From Nitrospinota bacterium (GTDB lineage: Bacteria > UBA8248), in NCBI GenBank assembly GCA_046581755.1, contig JAYGFR010000031.1, forward strand, positions 1-64,000: 64,000 nucleotides of DNA, read 5' to 3'. The notes beneath the pieces are model-generated. The model had not been told where the DNA came from, did not search any database, and saw nothing but the letters and a program-made list of their open reading frames with translations. Shown piece by piece: positions 1 through 10,083 of the stretch. Position numbers and translations under genes: made by a program. The first letter of the stretch is position 1; every line of letters starts with the position of its first letter.

Positions 1-176
1 AGGCCGCACAGTTCATTGGGCTACCGGCCTCCTGCACCCGATACAAAAGAACCATGGCCTCCGGGCTTCGCTCCGCTTCGCCCGTCGTCCATGGTTCCAA
101 GGCTCTCATAGGAAATGGTACAACTATCGGGGGCAGGTTAAGAGGCTGCATAGCTACCAGGGGCCGCCCTTCAATT

Positions 177-347
177 TCAACACAGAACGGGACATCCCCC
201 TTTTGATACCGCGCTAATATTTCTTGTCGTCGCGAAATAAACCTCTCCAGTTTTCTCGCAAATACCTTCCAATTCGACCATCTCCTCGACAGGAGGTGGC
301 TGTTGGCTATGGGAGAGCAATAAGCAAACGTTAATTTTGTTTTCCAT
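177..347 (-). CDS. Small 56-aa hypothetical ORF or gene remnant in an AT-richer patch
   Basis: Hand translation MENKINVCLLLSHSQQ...KGGCPVLC*. AGGAG lies about 12 nt upstream. Below the ORF-track size; no family recognised. Confidence 0.3.
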   Translation of the reverse strand: MENKINVCLLLSHSQQPPPVEEMVELEGICEKTGEVYFATTRNISAVSKGGCPVLC

Positions 348-421
348 GTTTGATCCGTCTCCTGTGCCTTAATTTTGCTTTAATACATGAAAATTATTCT
401 CACCCCGCTCTGTGCCCCCCC

Positions 422-1534
422 CTAATCCCCACCAGCCACCGGTGCGTATCTCCGGCAGGCCTCCTCGTCCCACTCGATCCCGATACCGGGTTTGTCGGTG
501 AGGAGGAGGCGGCCGTCCTCGAGGGGCATGGGCTCCTTGAGGATGGGCTCCCACCAGGGCATGTGCTCGCACCAGATCGAATGCGGCGCGGCGCTCATGA
601 GGTGGGCCGAGACCTCGTGGAAAAGGTGGGGGGTGATGGGCACCCCGAATTCCTTGGCGATGGCGGCGGCCTTCAGCCAGCCGGTGATTCCCGAGCAGCG
701 CTGGAGGTCGGCCATGAGGACATCGGCCGCGCCCACGACGAGGAGATGGTGCATCCCCCTAGAATTCCAGTTCGTCTCGCCCTGGCAGATGGGGGTATCC
801 GTATCGGCCGCGACATCGGCGCAGCCGCGCATGTCTTCGTGATCGACGGGCTCCTCGATCCATTCGAGATCGAACGCCGAGAGCTCCCGGCAGGCAGCCT
901 TGGCCTCCTCTACGCTCCAGCCCTGGTTAGCGTCCACCATGAGGGTGGCGTCCGGCCCTATCACCCCGCGCACGGCGGCGGTGCGCGCAATATCGTCGCC
1001 CAGCGAGGGCAGTCCGACCCGGAGTTTCATCCCGGCGTGGCCACGCCCGATAAACGATTCGGCCTCGGTTTTCAGCTCCTCCTCGCTCGCGTTGATCCAT
1101 AGGCCCTCGCTCGCGTAGCAGGGAATCTCCCTGCGATCCCCCCCGAGGAGCTTCCAGAGCGGAGCGCCCGCGGCACGGGCCTTGATGTCCCAGCAGGCGG
1201 TATCGAGTGCGGCGATGGCCATGGCGCTGATGCCGTCCCGGCCGACGAAGCTGGCGGCCTGGCGCATGGCAGCCCAGTTTTCCTCCGTGTCCGCCGCGTC
1301 TTTGTTGATGAGCACCCCGAACAGGTCGCGCACCATCGCCATCAACGCGCGGCAGCGCTCGGCCCCGAAAGCGGCGCACCAGCCGATGCCGCTCAAACCT
1401 TCCCTGGTTCTAAGCGTGATGGCGCAGGTGTCCACGGCCGGAATCCGGAAGGTTGAGACCGCGGCCGGCCAGGGCAGCGGCACCCGGACGTGGGAGACGG
1501 CGATGGTCTGAATCGTGAGCTTGGCGTCCGCCAT
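422..1534 (-). CDS. Mandelate racemase/muconate lactonizing enzyme family (enolase superfamily)
   Basis: Motifs ALDTACWDIKA, MVDANQ, WIEEP, GE and PH. GGAGA RBS. Confidence 0.9.
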   Translation of the reverse strand: MADAKLTIQTIAVSHVRVPLPWPAAVSTFRIPAVDTCAITLRTREGLSGIGWCAAFGAERCRALMAMVRDLFGVLINKDAADTEENWAAMRQAASFVGRDGISAMAIAALDTACWDIKARAAGAPLWKLLGGDRREIPCYASEGLWINASEEELKTEAESFIGRGHAGMKLRVGLPSLGDDIARTAAVRGVIGPDATLMVDANQGWSVEEAKAACRELSAFDLEWIEEPVDHEDMRGCADVAADTDTPICQGETNWNSRGMHHLLVVGAADVLMADLQRCSGITGWLKAAAIAKEFGVPITPHLFHEVSAHLMSAAPHSIWCEHMPWWEPILKEPMPLEDGRLLLTDKPGIGIEWDEEACRRYAPVAGGD

Positions 1535-1686
1535 GGGTAATCTCTCCGGATAAAGGATGAGGGCCGGATAAGAGGATGAGGGCCCGGATGGGGCGATGGA
1601 TGCAAAGGAAGGTTACAGCGGTGGCGGGCAAAAGGCTATAATTCCGCCAAAGTCCGCCGCCGGTCCAAAACGAGGAAACGCCAGGG

Positions 1687-2505
1687 ATGCCCGAAATCCG
1701 ACTCCAGAAGATTCTCGCCCAGGCCGGGTTGGCCTCGCGCCGGGAGGCTGAGCGCCTCATCCTCGCAGGCCGGGTGTCGGTGAACGGGAAGGTGGTCCGG
1801 GAGCTGGGGACCAAGGCCGATCCGGCCCGGGATGCGATCAAGTTCGGGGGCAAGCTCATCGCCCGCCGCGAGGCGCCCATCTATCTGGCCATGAACAAGC
1901 CGAAAAACGTCCTCACCACCATGCGCGATGAGGAGGGCAAGAATCGGCCCACGGTGGCCGCCCTCCTTCCGCCCAGGGGGCGCCGCGTCTTTCCGGTCGG
2001 GCGGCTGGATTTCGACGCCGAGGGGCTCCTTCTCCTCACGAACGACGGCGATCTCGCCCACCGCCTGACCCATCCGCGCTATGAGATTCCGCGCGTCTAC
2101 GAGGTGAAGATAAAGGGCAGACCGAGTGAGCGGGCGCTGCGCCGGCTCGAGCACATGGCCGGGGGAAAGGAGGGCGCTCCCCCCGAGGCCCGGCGCGTGC
2201 GGCTCATGGGCCGGAAGGCCGAGCGCAACACCTGGGTACAGATCGAGCTTCGCGAGGGAAAACACCACCAGATCAAGAACATGTGCGAGGCCGCGGGGCA
2301 TCAGGTGCTCAAGCTCTTGCGGCGATCCTTCGCCGGCATTTCCACGCGCGGCATCCCGAGGCCGGGCCTCCGCCCGCTCACCGAGGAGGAAATCACCCGC
2401 CTCCGCCTGGCGACGAACCTACTCGAGGCCCCGCCCAAAAAGCGAAAGACCCCAAAGCACAAAACCCCTCCGCGAAAGCGCCGGGTGCGCCGGCCGGGAA
2501 AATGA
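1687..2505 (+). CDS. rluB: rRNA pseudouridine synthase, RluB/RsuA family
   Basis: S4 domain RLQKILAQAG..SRREAE, then NKP, catalytic GRLD and EGKHHQIK. Confidence 0.88.
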   Translation: MPEIRLQKILAQAGLASRREAERLILAGRVSVNGKVVRELGTKADPARDAIKFGGKLIARREAPIYLAMNKPKNVLTTMRDEEGKNRPTVAALLPPRGRRVFPVGRLDFDAEGLLLLTNDGDLAHRLTHPRYEIPRVYEVKIKGRPSERALRRLEHMAGGKEGAPPEARRVRLMGRKAERNTWVQIELREGKHHQIKNMCEAAGHQVLKLLRRSFAGISTRGIPRPGLRPLTEEEITRLRLATNLLEAPPKKRKTPKHKTPPRKRRVRRPGK

Positions 2506-3464
2506 TCCGCCACCGGCTTTGGACCCTGGCGCTCGCCGCCCTGTTGGCGGCGCCGGCAAGCGCTCCGGCCGCGCCTGGAAACAAACCGCGTTTCCAGGTA
2601 AACGGCACGGCGGTCATCCTCCACAAGAACCGCGCCCGGGCCATGGACCGGGCCGTTGACGCAGGCCTCCGGAGGGCCGTCTACCAAGCCCTGCTCCAGT
2701 CCTTGGGCGAGGCCTCGATGATTCAGTTCCGGGGGCGCATCGAGGGGGCCCTCCTCAAGGAGGCCCGCCAATATGTGCAAAGCTATCGTGTGCTCGGCTA
2801 CGAGCTGGCCACCGGCTCCCGGACGGTCAAGGTCAAGCTCGAGGTGGTGGTCGATCTCTCGGCGGTGGACGAGGCGGTTCGTGCGCTCCAGCTGGCCAAG
2901 GTGGAAAAAGGAGAAGCCCGGCTCCTCTTCCTGATCGAGGAGCAGATCATTCGCTCCGGATTGGGGGGCCGGAAAACCACCACCCGCCTAGGACCGGACA
3001 AAATCGGCACCGCCGAGCGACGGATGATGTACGCCTTTGCCCGAATAGGCTACACACCCGTGAACCCCCGGGGCCAGCGCGAGCCCGCCCGGCCCGGCCA
3101 GATTCACGCCGCCATCAGCGGCGACGTGGACGCGGCGCAGGCGCTGGGCAGCCTCTACGGCTGTCCGTTCGTCATCACCGCCATGGCCACCGTCGAGCGC
3201 GAGCGCGGAGGGGCGGTGGTCAGCCTGGCCAGCGCCCGCGTGATCCGCACCGAGGACGGCGCGGTGATCGCCATCCGCTCGCGGCAGGTCCGCTACCGGC
3301 GCGCACGGGGGAGGCGCGGCTACAGGAACGCCCTAGCCTCGGCCAGCAGCCGTCTGGCGCGTTCGCTGATCCCGGAGATCCGGCGGGTGTTTCCCCCTCC
3401 GCCGCGCCCGGCGAGCCGGGGAAGCCGGCGCCGCCGCAGGAGAGCCCCCCGGAGGAGACAATGA
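2502..3464 (+). CDS. Secreted hypothetical protein (FlgT-N-like N-terminal domain possible)
   Basis: ATG at 2502 overlaps the rluB stop (ATGA). Signal peptide MIRHRLWTLALAALLAAPASA. Confidence 0.65.
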   Translation: MIRHRLWTLALAALLAAPASAPAAPGNKPRFQVNGTAVILHKNRARAMDRAVDAGLRRAVYQALLQSLGEASMIQFRGRIEGALLKEARQYVQSYRVLGYELATGSRTVKVKLEVVVDLSAVDEAVRALQLAKVEKGEARLLFLIEEQIIRSGLGGRKTTTRLGPDKIGTAERRMMYAFARIGYTPVNPRGQREPARPGQIHAAISGDVDAAQALGSLYGCPFVITAMATVERERGGAVVSLASARVIRTEDGAVIAIRSRQVRYRRARGRRGYRNALASASSRLARSLIPEIRRVFPPPPRPASRGSRRRRRRAPRRRQ

Positions 3465-3530
3465 GGGAGGCTGTGATATGATCTTGGGCGCGGTTAAAAT
3501 TTTCTTTTTTGCGCGGAGATTCCAGTATCG

Positions 3531-4139
3531 ATGAACGGGGACATAACGAGGGGCCTCACCCTCGCCAACAAGATCACCGTCGCCCGTCTGTTGCTCGTTC
3601 CGGTGTTCGCAATCTGCCTCGTCTACCGGCGGCCCGGCCTGGCCCTGGCCCTGTTTTTCGTGGCCGGCCTGGCGGACGCCCTCGATGGGTATCTTGCCCG
3701 AACCCGCCATGAGGGCACCGTGCTCGGGGCGATGCTGGACCCGATGGCGGACAAGCTTCTGATGTTTTCCGCCTATGTGATCATGGGAATGAACGGGCTC
3801 ATCCCCTCCTGGCTTTCGATTGTGGTCATCAGCCGGGACATTCTCATCAGTCTGGGCTACCTGTCGCTCTATATCGCCGTGGGCTTTATCACGCCCGCGC
3901 CGACCTACCTGGGCAAGATTACGACAGTGGCCCAGGTGACCGCGATGGTCTGCGCCCTGATCGCATGGACGATGGGCACAAGCGACACGCGGGTGCTACT
4001 CCTGGCCTACATCCCGGCGGGGGCGCTGACCGCTCTGTCGGGGTTTCATTATTCCTTCTTCGTAGCCGGGAGAATGCTCTCCCAGCGCGATGCCGGCCGG
4101 CAGACAAAAGAAAATCACTCGCCGGCGGTTCGGGGATGA
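3531..4139 (+). CDS. CDP-alcohol phosphatidyltransferase (PgsA-like)
   Basis: Motif DALDGYLAR...GAMLDPMADK; N-terminal ANKITVAR. Confidence 0.9.
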   Translation: MNGDITRGLTLANKITVARLLLVPVFAICLVYRRPGLALALFFVAGLADALDGYLARTRHEGTVLGAMLDPMADKLLMFSAYVIMGMNGLIPSWLSIVVISRDILISLGYLSLYIAVGFITPAPTYLGKITTVAQVTAMVCALIAWTMGTSDTRVLLLAYIPAGALTALSGFHYSFFVAGRMLSQRDAGRQTKENHSPAVRG

Positions 4140-4143
4140 ATAA

Positions 4144-5223
4144 ATGACCGGATCCGGAACGAACGGCCCGGAGTCGCAACACCTCTTCACCTGGAAGCGG
4201 ATCTGGCTGATCCTCATCCTGATCGCGACCATCTGGATCGTTATCAGCGCCCGGGCGGCCCTTTTCCCCATCGTCACCGCCTTCGTCCTCGCCTATCTGC
4301 TGAATCCGATCGTCGAGAGCATGGAAGTAAAGAAAATTCCCCGGACGGCGGCCATCCTGATCCTCCTGCTCGCCCTGGGGGTTTTTCTTCTCCTCCTCTG
4401 GGTGAGCATCACCCCCCTCGTCACAGAGCAGGCCCTCGCCTTCTCCCGGCGCCTGCCCGCCTACCTCCGCGTCGTGGAGGGATGGCTCGAGGCCGCCCTC
4501 ATCCAGCTCCAGGTGGCGCGGCCCGAGGAGGCCAAAAAGTTTTTGTCCGAAAACCTGGCGGCGCTGGGCCAGCTTCCCCTCGATGCCCTGCGCACGGGAG
4601 GCAGCTTCCTTCTCCGGACCACCAAGGGCCTCTTGTCGCTGATCATCGGCGTCGCCTTCCTGGCCCTGATTCCCATTCTCACTTTTTACATCCTTCGCGA
4701 TTTCGGCCAGTTCGGGGATGCCTTCTACAACTACATCCCCCCCCGCTACCGCGGGGAGGTCCGCCGGCGCCTCAACCGGCTCAACGAAATGCTGGGCTCG
4801 TTCATCCGGGGCCAGCTCATCGTGGGGATCACGCTGTCGATCCTCTACACGCTGGGATTTTTCCTCGCGGACGTTCCCTTCTGGCTGATCCTCGGCATCC
4901 TGACCGGGATGTCCAGCATGTTCCCCTACGTCGAGTGGATCGCCGGGCTGCCGATCTCGCTCATCTTCACTACCATCCAGCATCAAGACTGGACGCACCC
5001 GCTGGCGGTTCTCCTCGTATTCGGGATCATTTCCCCGATGGCGGGAATGTTCCTCGTCCCCCGCGTCATCGGCGGCCGGGTGGGGCTTCATCCGGTGGTG
5101 GTCATCTCGGCCATACTGATGGGGGGAGAACTCATGGGCTTCGTGGGGATTCTCCTGGCGGTGCCCTTCGCCGCGGCCATCAAGGTGGGCATCGAATTCG
5201 TCCACGACCAATACATCGGTTGA
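4144..5223 (+). CDS. AI-2E (PerM) family transporter
   Basis: Multi-TM protein with AYLLNP, FIRGQL, GLHP and GFVGILLAVP motifs. Confidence 0.9.
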   Translation: MTGSGTNGPESQHLFTWKRIWLILILIATIWIVISARAALFPIVTAFVLAYLLNPIVESMEVKKIPRTAAILILLLALGVFLLLLWVSITPLVTEQALAFSRRLPAYLRVVEGWLEAALIQLQVARPEEAKKFLSENLAALGQLPLDALRTGGSFLLRTTKGLLSLIIGVAFLALIPILTFYILRDFGQFGDAFYNYIPPRYRGEVRRRLNRLNEMLGSFIRGQLIVGITLSILYTLGFFLADVPFWLILGILTGMSSMFPYVEWIAGLPISLIFTTIQHQDWTHPLAVLLVFGIISPMAGMFLVPRVIGGRVGLHPVVVISAILMGGELMGFVGILLAVPFAAAIKVGIEFVHDQYIG

Positions 5224-5277
5224 ACCCCCGGAATTCCTTTTTCGTCGTGCCTCTAAATATACTTTTGAGAGGAAGAA

Positions 5278-5991
5278 ATGCCCGTTTCGAATGTGAAAGC
5301 GCTGACATTCGACGTATTTGGAACGGTGCTGGACTTCAGGTCCAGTATCATCCGCCACGGAGAGGAACTGGGCCGGCGGAAAGGACTTGCCGTGGATTGG
5401 GCGGCATTTGCCGACGAATGGTACGGGGGGTACCGGCCTGCGATGAACCGCATCAACAGCGGTGAAGACGAATGGGCCAACGTCGGGGCAATCTACCGGA
5501 GACGCCTGGAAGAACTAACCGAAAAGTTCGGGCTTGACAGCCTCACCGGCGAGGAAAAAACCCGGTTCAATCAATCGTGGATCCGGTTGGATCCGTGGCC
5601 TGACAGTGTTTCGGGTCTAACGCGACTGAAAAAGAAATTCATCATCTCGGCCCTGTCCAACGGCGACTTCGGGATGTTGACCGAAATGGGGAAATTCGCC
5701 GGCCTGCCCTGGGATTGCATTCTCTCATCCGAATTTTTCCGCCGTTATAAACCTGCCCCGGAGGTATACACCAGCGCCATCGAGCTGCTGGGATTGAAAC
5801 CCGGTGAGGTCATGATGGTGGCTTCCCACAATTACGATCTCAGGGCCGCGCGCGCGTTGGGAATGAAAACGGGGTTTTTTGCACGCCCCACTCAATACGG
5901 CCCCGATCAGGCAGAGGACTTGGAAGCCGAGGAAGACTGGGACATCATCGCGGCCGGCCTGGAGGATTTGGCTCAAAAGATGGGAACATAA
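5278..5991 (+). CDS. Haloacid dehalogenase type II
   Basis: FDVFGTVLD, LSNG, YKPAPEVY and ASHNYDL motifs. Confidence 0.9.
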   Translation: MPVSNVKALTFDVFGTVLDFRSSIIRHGEELGRRKGLAVDWAAFADEWYGGYRPAMNRINSGEDEWANVGAIYRRRLEELTEKFGLDSLTGEEKTRFNQSWIRLDPWPDSVSGLTRLKKKFIISALSNGDFGMLTEMGKFAGLPWDCILSSEFFRRYKPAPEVYTSAIELLGLKPGEVMMVASHNYDLRAARALGMKTGFFARPTQYGPDQAEDLEAEEDWDIIAAGLEDLAQKMGT

Positions 5992-6001
5992 GCCCTTCTT
6001 C

Positions 6002-6526
6002 TCACCCCGGCACCTCGATTTCGCGGTCGGCGGCGCGGGCCATGAGGAAAATGAGGTCCGACAGGCGGTTCACGAATATGAGCAAATCCGGGTTGCCGGT
6101 GAATCCCTCCTCCTGAAGGCGGACGCACCAGCGCTCGCCCCGGCGGAGGATCGTGGTGGCGAGGTCCAGCGCCGCGCCCGGCCCCGACTCCCCCGAAATC
6201 ACCCAATCGGTTATCTGGATGACTTTCTCGTAGCGGGCGATCTGCCCCTCGGCCCACCCGGCGTGCCCGGGCCCCACGCGCTCCTTGAGGCGCGCCGCTT
6301 TTCCGCGCCGGGTCGCCAGCTCGCTCGAAACCAGGTAAAGGTCTTTTTGGATTTTGAGAATTTCGGGCTTCATCCAGTCCGGCGCGAGCGCCCGCGCCAG
6401 CCCGAGCGCCGCCTTGGCCTCATCGAACGCGCCCAGCGCCTCGACCCGGTCCGAGCTCTTCGACGCCCGGTCTCCGAACCAGAGATCCGTATCCCCGTCG
6501 TCGCCGCGCTTCGTCGTGATGGACAT
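6002..6526 (-). CDS. ATP:cob(I)alamin adenosyltransferase, PduO type
   Basis: TKRGDDGDT, RRGER and NRLSDLIF motifs. Confidence 0.88.
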   Translation of the reverse strand: MSITTKRGDDGDTDLWFGDRASKSSDRVEALGAFDEAKAALGLARALAPDWMKPEILKIQKDLYLVSSELATRRGKAARLKERVGPGHAGWAEGQIARYEKVIQITDWVISGESGPGAALDLATTILRRGERWCVRLQEEGFTGNPDLLIFVNRLSDLIFLMARAADREIEVPG

Positions 6527-6542
6527 GGGCTGATCCTCCGCC

Positions 6543-7604
6543 CTAGAGCCGCTTGATGATGTCGTTCGCCGCCTGGCGCGTGGTGGCGTCGCCGCCTAGA
6601 TCGCCGGTGCGCCGCCCGCCAGCCAGATGCTCGCACACGGCCGTATCCACCCGCTTGGCCGCCCGCCCCTCGCCCAGATACTCGAGCATCATGGAGACGG
6701 CGAAAATCGTCGCGACCGGGTTGGCGATCCCTTTTCCCATGATGTCCGGGGCGGAGCCGTGGACGGGCTCGAAAAAGCCGGGATACCCGGCGTCCCCGGT
6801 GTTAGCACTCGGCGCGATGCCGAGGCCGCCGACGATGCCCGCGCCCAGGTCGGTCAGGATGTCGGCGAACAGGTTACTCGCCACCACGACGTCAAAAATC
6901 TCGGGCCGCCGGACAAATTCGAGCGCGGCGGCATCGACGAGAAATTTTCCGGTCCCGATCTTCTTGTAGCGCGGCCGGGCCGCGATCTCATCGAATACCT
7001 CATCCCACAAAACGAGGGTGTAGCCCTGGGCGTTCGATTTGGTGATGTTGGTGACGTGCTTTTTCTTGCGCCCCAGGGCCGCCTCGAACGCCGCCGTGAT
7101 GATCCGCTCGCAGCCCATGCGGGTGAAGATCACGTTCTGGATCGCCACCTCGGCGGGAAAGCCCTGGTAGTGCCGCCCCCCGGCAGGGCTGTACTCGCCC
7201 TCGGTGTTTTCCCGGAAACAGAGCATATCGATATCGCCGGGCCCGTATCCTTTGAGGGGGGATTCGAGTCCTTCAAGTAAAATGATCGGGCGCAGGTTGA
7301 TATAGAGATCGAACGCCCGGCGGATGGGGAGAAGGAGCTGCTGAAGGGTGATGTGGTCGGGGATGTCCGGACGCCCGACCGCACCGAGCAGGATGGTGTC
7401 GGCCTCGGCGAGTTTGTCGAGAAAGTTTTCGGGCGCCATGCGGCCCGTCTTGTGGTAGTAGTCGCTTCCCCAGGGATAGCGGGTGAAGTCGAACCGAAGG
7501 CCCCGCTGCCGCTTGGCGAGCGCCTTCAGCACCCGGACGCCTTCGTTGACCACTTCGGTGCCGATGCCGTCCCCGGGAAGGAGGGCGATTTTGTGACTGG
7601 CCAT
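6543..7604 (-). CDS. Tartrate/isopropylmalate dehydrogenase family
   Basis: GDGIGTEV, RENTEGEY, TKSN, NLFADILTD and EPVHGSAPDI motifs. Confidence 0.9.
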   Translation of the reverse strand: MASHKIALLPGDGIGTEVVNEGVRVLKALAKRQRGLRFDFTRYPWGSDYYHKTGRMAPENFLDKLAEADTILLGAVGRPDIPDHITLQQLLLPIRRAFDLYINLRPIILLEGLESPLKGYGPGDIDMLCFRENTEGEYSPAGGRHYQGFPAEVAIQNVIFTRMGCERIITAAFEAALGRKKKHVTNITKSNAQGYTLVLWDEVFDEIAARPRYKKIGTGKFLVDAAALEFVRRPEIFDVVVASNLFADILTDLGAGIVGGLGIAPSANTGDAGYPGFFEPVHGSAPDIMGKGIANPVATIFAVSMMLEYLGEGRAAKRVDTAVCEHLAGGRRTGDLGGDATTRQAANDIIKRL

Positions 7605-7659
7605 GGATTTCCTCGCTCGTAGGGCATCCGGGGCGGCCCCGGATGCGGAATAAAACCGG

Positions 7660-9243
7660 CTAAAGCCCCAGGTTGATCAGATACTCCACCGGGGCGTATT
7701 CGTCCGTCATGACAAGTCCATAGGCGCGCTTGGGCGGCGGCGGCACGCGCGCTTGGGCGGCGAATCGAAGGGCGGGGTCCGACTCCAGCCGCGCGAGAAA
7801 CTTCCGGCGGTGGGCGGGGTCGCGGTCGCGGAACGCGAGCAGGAGAACGTTCTGCGCATAGGCGGGCAGGTTCGGATCCGTGCTGAACACCCAGACATCG
7901 GGAAACACCGCCGCCATCGTCCGGTAGACCGAAGTGTACAGCACCCCCCCCGGGCCCGTGCGCTTGGAGATGAGGTTGAGCAGCATCGCTCCGCCCGGGG
8001 CGAGCCGGGCCCGCGCCTCCTCGAAAAATTCGCGCGTCACCAGATGGGAGGGGATGTTCCGCAGGCCCCGGTAGGCGTCGCCGACGATGAAATCCCACTT
8101 GCCCTTCGCGCTCCGGAGGGTGCGCCGGCCGTCTCCGGTGACGGTTTTGATCTTGGGATAGCGCCCGAGGCGGAAAAACTTCCGCCCGGCGGCCACGACG
8201 TCCGAATCCAGTTCGGCGACAACAATCTCGGCCCCGGGCAGCATCAGATGAAGCACCTTGGGCATCGTGAAAGCGCCGCCGCCGATGAAAAACATCCGCC
8301 GAATACGGGGGACCGCCGCCGGGCCCAGGGCGAGAAACTTGGTGTACTCGAAAAAGGTGGACCGGTCGTCGCCGATCACCATGGCCCCCTCGGGCTGGTA
8401 GTCCAGGTAGAGCTGGCGGACGCGCTTGCCCTCCCGGTCTCCTTCGATCACCCGGAGGGTGTGGTACATATTCTCCTTGAAAAAAATTGTTTCCTTTGTC
8501 GGGCCGGGGGGGCGGGGTGTCCACGCCGCGCCGGCGAGGAGGCAAACGCCGGTAAAGATCAGAACCCTCCGCACGCTTCGGGAGCCCGCATCTTTCAATC
8601 CCGACAGCTTTCCCGAAACCAGGTAGAGCCCGCCGACGGCGGAGGCGGCCAGGGCAATCGCCGTAGCCAAAAAGATGGCGTTCAGCCCGAAGGCGGGTAT
8701 CAGAACATATCCGGTGATGAAGGTGCCGAAGATGCTTCCGGCGGTGGACCAGGTGAACAGGTTTCCGGTCACCCGGCCCAGCGTCGCGTCCCCCCGCGAT
8801 GAAAGTTTCACGGCGTAGGGGGTGAGCGCGGCGAGGACGCACGCGGGCGCGGCGAAAAGCAACAGGCCGCCGAATATGGGGCCCGATCGGATGCTCAAGC
8901 CTTTTTCGAGCGTGGGCAGAAACGCCGCCCGGAGAACGGGGACCAGCGCCACCAGCCCGGCGCCCGCGACCATGATCAGAAAAAACCGGTGCGCGCTCGG
9001 GTCGCGGTCGGCCATCCGGCCGCCGATGGCGTATCCCACCGACAGGGCAGCGAGGATGATCCCGATCATGCTTGTCCAGGTGTAGAGGGTGTTCCCGAAA
9101 TGGGGGGCGAGCACGCGCCCGGCCGCAATTTCAATCACCAGGATCGACCCGCCCGACAGGAACACCGAAAAATAAAGATACCATCCCGAGAGCGCCCCTC
9201 TTCCATCTCCCGGCGCCGCGCCGGATGCTGCGGTTTTTGCCAT
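7660..9243 (-). CDS. Fused membrane domain/spermidine synthase-like SAM-binding protein
   Basis: Real start is probably ATG 9243 (GGGAG RBS). N-terminal TMs (EIAAGRVLAPHFG); C-terminal IGGGAF, ELD, GDGR and DAY. Confidence 0.85.
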   Translation of the reverse strand: MAKTAASGAAPGDGRGALSGWYLYFSVFLSGGSILVIEIAAGRVLAPHFGNTLYTWTSMIGIILAALSVGYAIGGRMADRDPSAHRFFLIMVAGAGLVALVPVLRAAFLPTLEKGLSIRSGPIFGGLLLFAAPACVLAALTPYAVKLSSRGDATLGRVTGNLFTWSTAGSIFGTFITGYVLIPAFGLNAIFLATAIALAASAVGGLYLVSGKLSGLKDAGSRSVRRVLIFTGVCLLAGAAWTPRPPGPTKETIFFKENMYHTLRVIEGDREGKRVRQLYLDYQPEGAMVIGDDRSTFFEYTKFLALGPAAVPRIRRMFFIGGGAFTMPKVLHLMLPGAEIVVAELDSDVVAAGRKFFRLGRYPKIKTVTGDGRRTLRSAKGKWDFIVGDAYRGLRNIPSHLVTREFFEEARARLAPGGAMLLNLISKRTGPGGVLYTSVYRTMAAVFPDVWVFSTDPNLPAYAQNVLLLAFRDRDPAHRRKFLARLESDPALRFAAQARVPPPPKRAYGLVMTDEYAPVEYLINLGL

Positions 9244-9387
9244 TTCTCCCTCAATTGACGGTGTTGAGCGTCCGCACTTTATGGTAGCGCGCGCGGGCAG
9301 GCAACCGGGAGCGCGCCTCCCTGGATTTTTCGGGTTCAATGCCGCATAAATACACTGCACCCGAAAAACCCTGCAAGGGAGTGTCCC

Positions 9388-10083
9388 GTGTCGCCCGTGA
9401 AAGACAAAATCTATCCCGGCTCGGCCGCCGCCGTCGCCGGAATCCCCGACGGGGCGACGATCCTCCTCGGCGGATTCGGCGGGGTGGGGGTTCCCGAAAA
9501 CCTCCTCGCCGCGATGGCGGACCATCCCGCCCGGGAGCTGACCATCGTCAGCAACCACGCCGGTTTCGGGGAGCGCGGCCTGGCCGTCCTCTTCCGGCAG
9601 AGGAAGGTGCGCAAGCTGATCTGCACCTACGCCTTCCACCCGACCGCCTTCGTCTTCCGCGAAATATACATGGCCGGGGAGATCGAACTGGAGCAAATAC
9701 CCCAGGGAACGATGGCCGAGCGAATCCGGGCGGCGGGGGCGGGCATTCCGGCCTTCTACACCCCCACCGGAGCGGGGACCCAGGCGGCCGAGGGAAAAGA
9801 GACCCGCCTCTTCGGCGGACGCGAGGCCATCCTCGAGCTCGCCCTCCCCGGCGATGTCGCCATCGTCAAGGCCCGCCGGGCGGACCGGATGGGCAACCTC
9901 ACCTACCGGGGAACGGCGGCCAACTTCAACCCGGTCATGGCGGCGGCGGCGCGCCTCACCCTCGTCGAGACCGAAATCATTGTGGAGCCGGGCGAAATCG
10001 CACCCGAGAACGTCCACACCCCGAGCGTCTACGTCGATAGAGTCGTCCTGGGAGAAGACCTTGAACTCCGATCCGAAGCTTGA
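9388..10083 (+). CDS. 3-oxoacid CoA-transferase subunit A
   Basis: GGFGGVGVP, PQGTMAERIRAAGAGIPAFYTPTG and NFNPVMA motifs. Confidence 0.92.
   Translation: MSPVKDKIYPGSAAAVAGIPDGATILLGGFGGVGVPENLLAAMADHPARELTIVSNHAGFGERGLAVLFRQRKVRKLICTYAFHPTAFVFREIYMAGEIELEQIPQGTMAERIRAAGAGIPAFYTPTGAGTQAAEGKETRLFGGREAILELALPGDVAIVKARRADRMGNLTYRGTAANFNPVMAAAARLTLVETEIIVEPGEIAPENVHTPSVYVDRVVLGEDLELRSEA

Noticed and set aside
171..179. C-TGA ending of the 56-aa ORF as a Cys-Sec motif
   Set aside because: A second TGA follows two codons later and there is no SECIS-like hairpin at the expected distance.
5278..5991. Haloacid dehalogenase as part of a mobile element (codon usage looks less GC-biased)
   Set aside because: No flanking repeats, integrase or transposase seen; at most an old single-gene acquisition.
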